Below are positions 1 through 9,348 of a stretch of 64,000 nucleotides of DNA, piece by piece. The stretch comes from an uncultured Chitinophagaceae bacterium (GTDB lineage Bacteria; Bacteroidota; Bacteroidia; Chitinophagales; Chitinophagaceae): positions 1,691 through 65,690 of the forward strand of contig CAVPJN010000005.1 in assembly GCA_963705465.1 (NCBI GenBank), read 5' to 3'. The notes under the pieces were generated by a model. The model ran no database searches. It was given only the letters and a program-made list of their open reading frames with translations, and had not been told where the DNA came from. The position numbers were made by a program, and so were the translations under genes. Position 1 is the stretch's first letter. Every line of letters begins with the position of its first letter.

Positions 1-640
1 CAGGATATTCTCTGGTACAAACAAAATAGATAGGATCAAATTCGATAAAGCTCATTTTCTTTACCGTGTTGTCATCGTAGAAAATGGTGCCGTAATCTAT
101 AATATCTCCGGGATCAAGATCGGGTATCGCCAGTTTATAAAAGATGACACGGCTTTTACTTTTATCATAATAGGTACTGGCCTTGCCGATATAAGGCGTA
201 AAGGTAGAAGGCACATTGGATGGATCTTCTACATACACTGCATTACGAAGCGATACATCCTGCACTTTTCCATCTGCTTTGATCACTTTTATACCAGCAC
301 CATCATTGGAAGAACCAATTCTGAAGTAAACAGAAGAATAAGAATTAACAGCATCTCTGTCGTTGAGTTTAATGCGTCGTCTTGTAATTTCATACACGGC
401 CAGTTTGTTGGCATCTTTATCAAAAGCAAATTTTGTTTTCTGTGCAATGATGATACCGCTTTCTTCTTTCCATTTATCGGGAGTGGCAGTTACAGTAAAA
501 TCTGCATCAGCATCCTCCCAAACCATTTTCATGTTGCGGGCAATGGACTCCAGTTTGGAGGGGGAGAAAGTGTCGTCTTCCTGTGCGGCTGTAAGAAGTG
601 AAAAGGATAGATAAATAAGTAAGGCTATTATTTTATTCAT
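1..640 (-). CDS. DUF3857-domain secreted protein, 5' part (runs off the left edge)
   Basis: Manual translation from ATG 640: MNKIIALLIYLSFSLLTAAQEDD (signal peptide), then ...PDKWKEESGIIIAQKTKFAF...RRRIKLNDRDAV and ...LAIPDLDPGDIIDY, typical of the DUF3857 N-domain. Missing from the ORF track because it is truncated. Confidence 0.75.
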   Translation of the reverse strand, partial: MNKIIALLIYLSFSLLTAAQEDDTFSPSKLESIARNMKMVWEDADADFTVTATPDKWKEESGIIIAQKTKFAFDKDANKLAVYEITRRRIKLNDRDAVNSYSSVYFRIGSSNDGAGIKVIKADGKVQDVSLRNAVYVEDPSNVPSTFTPYIGKASTYYDKSKSRVIFYKLAIPDLDPGDIIDYGTIFYDDNTVKKMSFIEFDPIYFVCTREYP

Positions 641-654
641 TTCATGTTTTTTTA

Positions 655-695
655 TTTCCCACAAACCTGCCTGCGGTAGGCAGGGACACAAAGGA
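655..695. repeat. Left inverted-repeat arm of the GxxExxY cassette, containing a GC palindrome (CCTGCCTGCGGTAGGCAGG, 666-684)
   Basis: atttcccacaaa[palindrome]gacacaaagga matches the reverse complement of 1138-1168 (atttcccactaaggcacaaaggacacaaaag). Confidence 0.7.
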
Positions 696-742
696 TTTTT
701 ACTCTATTCTTTGTCGGTTAATTTGTATTTTCTGGAAATGCA

Positions 743-1123
743 TTATAAAGAACCGTTTACTTTACGATGCATTCCATCTTTTATTAAATTGACATTAAAG
801 TTTACTAATAGACCAAGCTTAATTCCGGTCAGTTTCATATAATTCAGAATGATCTTATGATGAATTTTTTCTAATGATTCAATTGATTTTATTTCAACCA
901 AAAACTTGTCACACATAATAATGTCCGTTCTGAAAGCTTTATCAAGGATTGCTTTTTTATAATGGATACTTAAATCTTGTTGTCGGGTGTATGGGATTTC
1001 TCTTTCTTCAAGTTCGTATGCAAATGCAGCTTCATATACACTCTCCAGTAATCCAGGTCCAAGGATTGAATGAATTGTGTATGAAATATCAACTGCAATG
1101 GTCGCTAATTCATTTTCTGTCAT
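743..1123 (-). CDS. GxxExxY protein (PD-(D/E)xK nuclease-like family)
   Basis: LGPGLLESVYE signature, D...VEIK nuclease-like motif, GLLVNFN C-terminal motif; 126 aa. Confidence 0.93.
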   Translation of the reverse strand: MTENELATIAVDISYTIHSILGPGLLESVYEAAFAYELEEREIPYTRQQDLSIHYKKAILDKAFRTDIIMCDKFLVEIKSIESLEKIHHKIILNYMKLTGIKLGLLVNFNVNLIKDGMHRKVNGSL

Positions 1124-1137
1124 TACTTCTTCGTTTT

Positions 1138-1168
1138 CTTTTGTGTCCTTTGTGCCTTAGTGGGAAAT
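1138..1168. repeat. Right inverted-repeat arm of the GxxExxY cassette
   Basis: cttttgtgtcctttgtgccttagtgggaaat, built from short TTTGTG(T/C)C units; inverted copy of 655-695. Confidence 0.7.
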
Positions 1169-1169
1169 C

Positions 1170-3132
1170 TTATGGTTTCTTTACTAAGATCAGGTTACTA
1201 TTAAAATCCTTCAACTTCTTCACAAAATTTTTCCAGTTCTCAAAATCGGCTTTTCGGATACGGCCTGTATTAAAAGCTAATGTCTTTTTAAACGTTACTT
1301 TATTGTCCTTGCCCGAGTATTCACCCGATACTTCATAATCTTCTGTTTTTTCATTGATAGGGGCAGGTATCGAAGCGATCTTATAGCCGGCAGGTAATAA
1401 AAGTTCTGTTTCGTATTGAGATACATAAGCAGAGTGCAAAGCATAATCCTGCTGACGGTCTTTCTCGGGAATGATACTGCGCAGCGTTTCCGGAAAGAAG
1501 TCGATACCCACATACACTTCTTTGTCTTCCGTAATAATATAATTACTCAGATCAATATCGCCTTCCAGCACAATTGGAATTTCCCGGTTACTCAGGTCAG
1601 ATGTTTTTACATTGGATACGGTGAGGTTCTTATTGCCAAATTCAAGAAATCGCTGTATGAATTTTCGTTTTATCATCCGAAGGAAGATCATGATAGTATT
1701 GATGAAAGCCGGTTCGTTCTTCACCCGTCATCGTAACTTTTACATGGCCTTTTAACTTGTTGTCCAGCAATTGAAAATGGGTTTGTGTCAATGTCTTGTT
1801 CTTTTCTTTATCCAGTAGCGGGACTTTTTTTACTTCATGTTTTTCTCCTTTCCCGATCAGCACTTCTTTTCCCTGTATGCGCCAGGCATATTCACCAAAA
1901 GGAATATATTTTTCTGTGCCATCCAGAAAATAGTCTTTTCCATTTAACATAACCGTGCTGATACAATGATTATCTACTGCCAGGGAGGGTAATGAATAAT
2001 CATAAGGAATATGCCGGGTGCCGATCCATGTCATATAGGATTCCTGTCCGGCCAGTTTGAGCATTTCCGTCATCAGGTTAGCCATTCCTTTACAATCTCC
2101 GTATTTGGATTTGTAAACATCCTGTGCAGCAGCAGGAATAAAACCAGCAAGACCATCTTCAAATGCGATATAGCGGATATTATCCTGTATCCAGTAAAAA
2201 ATGGATTTCACTTTTTCCAGATCGGAAGTTTTTCCTTTGGTCAATTCGGCCACTTTTGTTTTTAGCTCATCGGGATTATTCTTACTTTTTTTATAGAGAT
2301 AATTGTACCAGTTGTACAGATCTCCCGCATCCCCAAAGCCTTTTTCTTTTTTACCATCAATTGTAAATGATTTTACGACCAGCATCAGGTGGGGAAAGAC
2401 ATAAGCAGCGCCAATTGATCTGTTCTCAGATTTCATGGCAAAAGTGTTTTGTATTTTAAAGGTGAAGACAGTAGCTCCTTTCTCCTGTGTTTTTTGTTTA
2501 GTGATCTTGTATCCGGTAAAATTAAATTCACGGATATCCAGTTCGAGCCAATCGGGCACTTTGATCGTTACGATCTTTTCTTTTGCGGGAAACCAGGTAT
2601 GAAAATAAATACTGGTAAGATATTTACTATCGAAATAAACTTTTTCCGTTTCTACTCTTGTAACATCTGCATAGCCGGTAAACCCGATATTGAAATATTT
2701 TACCCGGCTGTCGTCAGAAAAATAATCGCTGGAACTGGCGGATTGATCCATCGCATAGCCAACATTAAAATTCTTTTTAATGCCAAACATTCGTTTCACT
2801 TTCTCCAGTTGCTTAAAAGAGCTGATCTTACAAAATGAGTTATAGAAATCAAAATATTGAATACCGGCCCTTTCCCGCAAGGCTAAAAAATTGATACCGG
2901 TTTTCTTGATAGCGGTAACAACGGGTAGTTTTTCATCACTTTTGCCTTTATCAAAATTATATTCCTCTTCCACGATGGTCGCCACAACCCGGTCGTCTGG
3001 AAAAACTTTTTTCAAGCGATTAGCTTCATACACATCCTCATCGTCTTGTGCAAAAACTAATAGCGGCAATAGTAAACCTGCCAGTAGTAGCAACTTCAGG
3101 GTTTTTAGCATACTCAATTTTGTAAATAGCAA
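1170..3132 (-). CDS. DUF3857 + transglutaminase-like domain protein (frameshift near 1650-1720)
   Basis: Signal peptide; IRYIAFEDG...YGDCKGMANL (catalytic Cys), NHCI and FLDGT triad motifs; C-terminal DUF3858-like part in ORF 1170-1724. Confidence 0.88.
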
Positions 3133-3239
3133 TATAGAAATTGTTATTGAAATTAAATGAGCAGGATCAGGTAATTTTTATGCGTCAATTGACAAATCAA
3201 CAATAACTTGTTTTAAATTCGCAGGATAAGCATTACAAT

Positions 3240-5090
3240 ATGGAAAGGAAACAAGAAGTATTACAGGATGTGGTTATCAAATTTGCAGGCGATAGTGGTG
3301 ATGGCATGCAGTTGACAGGAAGTCAGTTTACCAATAATACAGCTATGATGGGTATCGATCTGGCAACATTCCCGGATTTTCCGGCAGAGATCAGAGCGCC
3401 GATAGGTACCTTGCCCGGTGTGAGTGGATTTCAGTTGCGATTTTCATCTGATAATATCTTTACACCTGGCGATTCGCTGGATGTACTGGTGGCAATGAAT
3501 GCCGCTGCCCTTAAAACAAATATTGCCGGTGTAAAAAAAGGCGGTAAGGTGATCGTAAATACCGATGGTTTCGATAGTAAGAACCTACGCCTTGCCAACT
3601 ATCCCGATGGAGAAAATCCATTGGAAAATGGCAGCCTCGACAATTATGAAGTAATAAAGATGGATGTGACCAAGATGACCCGTGAGTCATTGGCCGATTT
3701 TACGATGGGTATGAAGGAAAAGGACCGGGCCAAGAATATGTTTGTACTCGGATTTCTCTACTTTATGTACAACCGGGATATGGAGAATACCATCGGCTTT
3801 TTAAAAGAGAAATTTGGTAAGAAGCCGGATATTTTTGAGAGCAATGTAAAAGTGCTGAAAGCCGGTTTTAATTATGGTGATACGACAGAAACATTTACGA
3901 CTACCTATTCGGTAGAAAAAGCCAAGATGGAACCCGGTAACTACCGTTCTGTTATGGGTAACCAGGCCGTATCGCTTGGATTGATCGCTGCTTCGCAAAA
4001 AAGCGGACTGCCTTTGTTCCTCGGTTCATATCCTATTACTCCGGCATCGGATATTTTACATGACCTGAGTAAATATAAAAATTTTGGTGTCCGTACATTT
4101 CAGGCGGAAGATGAAATTGCAGCTATAACCTCTGCCATTGGCGCCGCTTATGGAGGTGCATTGGGTGTTACTACTTCCAGTGGTCCGGGTATTGCCTTAA
4201 AAGGCGAAGCCATAGGGTTGGCTGTGATGCTGGAAATACCGTTACTGATCATTAATATTCAAAGAGGCGGACCTTCTACCGGATTACCTACTAAAACAGA
4301 GCAAAGTGATCTGATGCAGGCCTATTATGGAAGAAATGGTGAATGCCCGATGCCGATCGTTTCTGCCTCTACGCCGGCAGATTGTTTTGATGCGGTGTAC
4401 GAAGCCGTTAGAATTTCGGTGCAGCATATGACACCGGTTATATTTTTAAGTGATGGTTATATTGCCAATGGTGCTGAGCCGTGGAAGTTTCCAAAGTCAG
4501 AAGAATTACCGCCAATTGAAGTAAAGTTCAAAACAGAATTGGGCGATCAGGAAGATGAGTTTCAACCTTATATGAGAGATGCAAAATTAGCAAGACCATG
4601 GGCCATTCCGGGAACTCCGGGATTGGAACACCGGATAGGAGGATTGGAAAAACAAAACATAACTGGTAATATCAGTTATGAACCAGAGAACCATCAGTTA
4701 ATGGTAAAGATCCGCCAGGAAAAAGTGGATAAGATCGCTGATCATATACCAGAGCAGAAATTAGATAGTGGTCCTGAAAAAGGAAAGATATTGATCCTGG
4801 GTTGGGGCTCTACTTATGGTGCCATTAAAAGTGCCTGTGCAGAAATGCAAAAGAAGGGGCATGCTATCAGTCATGCACATCTTCGTTATGTTCGGCCTTT
4901 CCCAAAAAATCTGGGAGATATCATTAAGAATTTTGATACGGTGCTGATTCCGGAAATAAATAATGGCCAGTTGATAAAGATCATCCGTGATGTTTATTTT
5001 GTCGATGCAAAAGGCTACAATAAAATAATGGGGGTACCTATTACCAAAACAGAACTGGTAATGAAGCTGGAAGAAATGCTAAGAGATTAA
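3240..5090 (+). CDS. korA: 2-oxoacid:acceptor (ferredoxin) oxidoreductase alpha subunit (fused gamma-alpha)
   Basis: FAGDSGDGMQLTG, YPITPAS, QAEDEIAA, QRGGPSTGLPTKTEQSD and GWGST motifs; 616 aa, intact. Confidence 0.93.
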   Translation: MERKQEVLQDVVIKFAGDSGDGMQLTGSQFTNNTAMMGIDLATFPDFPAEIRAPIGTLPGVSGFQLRFSSDNIFTPGDSLDVLVAMNAAALKTNIAGVKKGGKVIVNTDGFDSKNLRLANYPDGENPLENGSLDNYEVIKMDVTKMTRESLADFTMGMKEKDRAKNMFVLGFLYFMYNRDMENTIGFLKEKFGKKPDIFESNVKVLKAGFNYGDTTETFTTTYSVEKAKMEPGNYRSVMGNQAVSLGLIAASQKSGLPLFLGSYPITPASDILHDLSKYKNFGVRTFQAEDEIAAITSAIGAAYGGALGVTTSSGPGIALKGEAIGLAVMLEIPLLIINIQRGGPSTGLPTKTEQSDLMQAYYGRNGECPMPIVSASTPADCFDAVYEAVRISVQHMTPVIFLSDGYIANGAEPWKFPKSEELPPIEVKFKTELGDQEDEFQPYMRDAKLARPWAIPGTPGLEHRIGGLEKQNITGNISYEPENHQLMVKIRQEKVDKIADHIPEQKLDSGPEKGKILILGWGSTYGAIKSACAEMQKKGHAISHAHLRYVRPFPKNLGDIIKNFDTVLIPEINNGQLIKIIRDVYFVDAKGYNKIMGVPITKTELVMKLEEMLRD

Positions 5091-5111
5091 CCCAATAACT
5101 ATAGCAATGCG

Positions 5112-5140
5112 ATCCACCAGCTACCACTGGTGGATTTTTT
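5112..5140 (+). terminator. Intrinsic terminator after korA
   Basis: atccaccag-ctacca-ctggtggat stem followed by a T run. Confidence 0.75.
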
Positions 5141-5187
5141 GTTTTTATTTGAAGAGAAAGTTTTTACATTCATTCAAACATATAATT

Positions 5188-5628
5188 ATGAGAAAGCTAT
5201 TGATGTTGCTGATTATTTTTCAATGTACTTTTTATTTTACGATACAGGCACAGGATAAGAATATTGTAAAGGAAAAATATCATTGGGGAAGTACTACGCA
5301 GGATACGGCTGCCGGATATGCACAGGCCGTTAAGGTTGATAATATTATTTATATGTCCGGGGCAGTATCAAGAGATGTAACACCGGAAGGAATTAAAAGG
5401 GTGTACGAGGCATTGGGGAATACATTGAAACAGTATGGCGCTACTTTTCAGAATGTTGTAAAGGAAAATTTATATACTACAGATATGGAAGCCATGAAAA
5501 AATATAATGATGCCCGTAAGGCTTTTTACAAGAATGATTTTCCTGCTGCTACCTGGATACAGGTGTCAAGATTATATATGGTGGATGCCAAATTGGAAGT
5601 AGAATTGATTGCCCATTTGCCAAAATAA
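5188..5628 (+). CDS. RidA/YjgF/UK114-family protein with N-terminal signal peptide
   Basis: ATG 5188 gives MRKLLMLLIIFQCTFYFTIQAQ; GYAQAVKVDNIIYMSG and PAATWIQV...LEVELIA are Rid-fold motifs. Confidence 0.85.
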   Translation: MRKLLMLLIIFQCTFYFTIQAQDKNIVKEKYHWGSTTQDTAAGYAQAVKVDNIIYMSGAVSRDVTPEGIKRVYEALGNTLKQYGATFQNVVKENLYTTDMEAMKKYNDARKAFYKNDFPAATWIQVSRLYMVDAKLEVELIAHLPK

Positions 5629-5653
5629 AAAAGGGCTGATTAAAACCCTTTAA

Positions 5654-6940
5654 TTAATTAGTTTCAGATGTAATTATCCAGGACCATAAACATCTAACGG
5701 ATGTGGTAAAGCATTGGCAACTACAAAAGCTTAAAATGACTAATATCAGTCCAAACATAAAAATGTTATAAGCGATCCTGAGTAAGCGATATTTTTTTGC
5801 CAGTACCACTCCCAAAAAATAAGTGTCTTTTACAATGCTGCTATACAGGTAATCTTTATCATTCAGCATTTCATTCATTGCCCAGTTATAATCAGGCAAA
5901 TTCATTTTATAGAAATTACCAAAGAATAACAGATTGGTTCTTTTATTATGTAATATCTTCCTGGGTAAAAGTACCATGGCTTACATTGGGTCTTGTAGCT
6001 AATATGGAAAAAACAATTGTTGACACACATACAACCACAAGAATAAGAAAGGGTATCCTGAGGTTTGGGTTTGCGTCAAGTTTTGTAACAAGTGAAGAAA
6101 TAACAATACTTAAGAATAATTGCATTTACTGAAATAAGAATGTTTGCTTTTGAATCTGCCATCTGGCTCAGATTATTCTGGTTCTGTGCCATGATACGAA
6201 ACACGGTTGCGATACCTCTTTCTGATTGATTATCCTTACCCTTTTTCTTTTTATCCGTTTCGATCTGTAATGCATCCACTACAATGTCATCCGTATTTTT
6301 TGATTTGTTTTTTTTCTTTGTATTGCCATCTAATTCCACCAATTCATCTTTTAGTTGTTTTATATGCATTTCCTTTATAGGTTGTAGCATCTCCTGTCCG
6401 TAGGTAGTAAAATACTTATGTGCTTCCAGGAATTCAATATTTTTCTTCCACCAGTCGTTCTTGGATATTTTTTCATTTCCGAGATCTTTTATTTCTTTTC
6501 GAAGCAGATTTGTTTTTTCCCTGAAATGCATCAGTGCCAAGATGAAAAAGATCTGCATCGCAAATTATTCTTTCCAACGCATTAGTAGGGGATTGCGGCA
6601 TGCGGGTAGCATTAATGCAGCTTACCACTTTTGCTGTAAGTTCTGTAGTTGCATTTTGTTTTGCCAGAAAATCAGTTGCAAGTTGGGCACTTAATGTTTC
6701 ATGATCATTTGCTGCACTCCTCCAGTATATCCTGTATCATGAAACCAGGCAGCTATCAGCAAAGCTTGTTTTTCATCATCAGGTATATGAAGAAACTCAG
6801 CAATGCTGTTCACAGGCCGCCACCACCTCCTGTGTATGCTCCAGTGTATGAAACCGGATGCTTTTGCTAAGTTTGTTCATCAGCAGGTCGGTTACATGAG
6901 CCTTTGCCTCCTGAATCATTAATAATTGGTTTTCTATCAT
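5654..6940 (-). CDS. HD-domain protein fused to a Pycsar-effector-like (DUF5706/PycTM) transmembrane domain (several frameshifts)
   Basis: Manual translation from ATG 6940: FHTLEHT...AAWFHDTGY...HE...ICDADLFHLG (HD motifs); then LSQMADSKANILISVNAII, LLFFGNF and LGVVLAKKYRLLRIAYNIFMFG (DUF5706 motifs). Confidence 0.85.
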
Positions 6941-6983
6941 GCTATAAAGATAAGTTTTGATAAATTTAAACAAAATAAGAAGA

Positions 6984-8641
6984 ATGGCTTTATTAAATTT
7001 CAGACCAAGGGTTCTTCTTTATTGTAGTATTTGTCAGGATTTTTATTTCGGGCTGTAAGAATAAAACAACAATACTTGCTTCTCCTCCAGGTTACAATTT
7101 TTCTCAAGTGGATATTGATAAGCTGGATATTAAACTGCTGGAAATATCCGGACTGGCATGGGATTCTGAATACAATATTTTTTATGCGGTTAATGATGAA
7201 TCGGGAATACTTTATACCCTGGACAAGGAATCTAAAGCGATCAATGGAGCGTATCCCTTTTGGGGGAAAAGGCGATTATGAAGATGTAGCGCTTTTTAAA
7301 GGGATACCGTATGTATTAAGAAGCGATGGGTTGATCATTAAAGTTGTAAAAGACAGTACAGGCAAAACCGTGGGGTAGAAGCAGGGAAAATTCCATTGCC
7401 GGGGACAAATGATTTTGAAACATTATATAGTGATCCGGACGAGGAATGCATTGATAATGATTTGCAAGAACTGCTCTACTGATAATAGTACTTCGGTAAG
7501 CGCCTATGCCTTTTATCCCGATTCAATAGGATTTGGCAATAATCCTATAAAACCCTTGTATGTAATTGATGCAAAAATGGTGGAAGAGCTTTCTCCTTTT
7601 AAAACATCCAAATTGCAACCTTCAGCAGCAGCTATCAATTCCAAGTTGCAAAAATTATTCATTCTATCTTCAGCCAGCCATCAATTAGCTGTAGCCGACC
7701 TGAATGGTAATGTAGAATCGGTGCATAAACTTACTCCTAAACTTTTTTTGCAACCGGAAGGAATTGCTTTTAAGCAAGGTGGCGATATGTATATTTCAAA
7801 TGAAGGGGTTAGGTGCAAAAGCAACACTTGCTGAAATTCTATTTTAATAAGGCAGATGATAGCCTCAGATGCCCGGAAATCCAAGATCGGTTATGACTTT
7901 GAAGTTCCGGATGAAAAAATGGAATTGGGAAAACACCTGAAAGAAATTTCAGGGATGGCTTATGTAAAGGGTAAGGATGTTATTCTTACTGAGAATGATG
8001 AGAAGGGAGATATTTTTACGATTGACTTTGCGAATAAAAAAGATCATGGTTGATAAAATAAAATTTGGGGGTAAGGATGATTATGAAGATATCGTTCATA
8101 CAGATACTGCTATTTATATGCTGGTAAGTTCGGGTAGTATTGTACAGGTAAATACCAAAGATAGTTCTTTTAGTACAAAGGAATTTAGCTTAGGCTTGAC
8201 GAAAAGTGAATTTGAAGCCATGTACCTGGATGCTGATAGCGAATCCCTGATACTGCTTTGTAAAGATTGTACCAAAGAAAAAGACGAGATCAGGACAGCT
8301 TACCGGTTTGACCTCAGGACAAATACATTTTCAAACAGACCCTCTTTACATTATCAGCATTAACGAGATCAAGAAAATACTTGATGATGATAAAGCTGAA
8401 TTCAAACCTTCTGCAGCAGGCATCAATCCCAATGGATGGAAAATTATATATTGTGGCTTCTGTTGGAAAACTATTGGTAATTGCCAGTAAGATAGGCGAA
8501 GTAGAAGAGGTGTTCCGGTTGGATCCTGTATTGTATAATCAGCCGGAAGGATTGACCTTTGCACCCAATGGAGATCTGTATATTTCGAATGAAGGTGGTG
8601 AAGGGATAGCAACAATTCTTAAGTTTATTTATAAGAAATAG
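6984..8641 (+). CDS. Lipoprotein with two tandem SdiA-regulated (YjiK-like) beta-propeller domains (frameshifted; possibly two genes)
   Basis: FISG-C lipobox, then two copies of the motif series EISG(L/M)A, NDE.G, DYED(V/I), FE, PSAA.INP/S, QPEG(I/L).F, (M/L)YISNEG. The second copy has no signal peptide. Confidence 0.75.
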
Positions 8642-9332
8642 GCGCTTGTGTTTCATGTACTGATTTCTTTCTTTTAATACCGGCAAGCAGTTCAAAACAA
8701 GTAAACAACCATAAGGACCCCAATATCCACCCGGCTAAAACGTCGGTAGCATAATGAACCCTCAGATACACCCTGCTGAGACCAATCAAGAACAGTATGA
8801 ACAAAAAAAGGGAAATCAGTAAATATTGCAGCCCAGTAATTTTCACTCTTTGAATGATGTAAAAAAATAAATAAACCAAAAAAAGCTACACTCATAAAGG
8901 CATGACCACTCGGGAAACTATAATTGGTAATACCTTCTACTAATGGATGTAAGGGTCGATGCCGTTGAAAAAGGTTTTAAGTAAAGACATTATTCCAAGA
9001 CTGGAAATGGCAATAAAGAATACATACACACGTTTCCCATTTCTTTCCACGGATTAATAAAATAAGTCATCAGTAAAAGGTTAGCGGGAATTAAAAAAGA
9101 GTGATTGCCTAAAAAAGTAATAGCTCTCATTATATTACTTCTGCTAAGTGTTACTTTAGCAGAAAAGAAATCAAAAATATTTTCGTCTGGAGCTGTATTG
9201 GCAGCTACAAACACCAGCCAGATGATAAATAAAAGAAGTAAAAATAGAAAATGCTATAACAATTCTGTATAGCATAGGTGAAGCTGTTGACATTTTTTCG
9301 GGTTCAAATTTATCAACATCAGGATTGCCCAT
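8625..9332 (-). CDS. PAP2-family membrane phosphatase (frameshifted)
   Basis: The three PAP2 motifs are present across frames: FQRHRP (~8955-8972), SFPSGHAF (~8897-8919) and SRVYLRVHYATDVLAGW. Confidence 0.85.
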
Positions 9333-9348
9333 ATAATACGATATCAGA

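Noticed and set aside
5654-6940. A complete Pycsar or CBASS anti-phage system
   Set aside because: No cyclase or nucleotidyltransferase and no defence-island context in the window; only the effector-like domain is supported.
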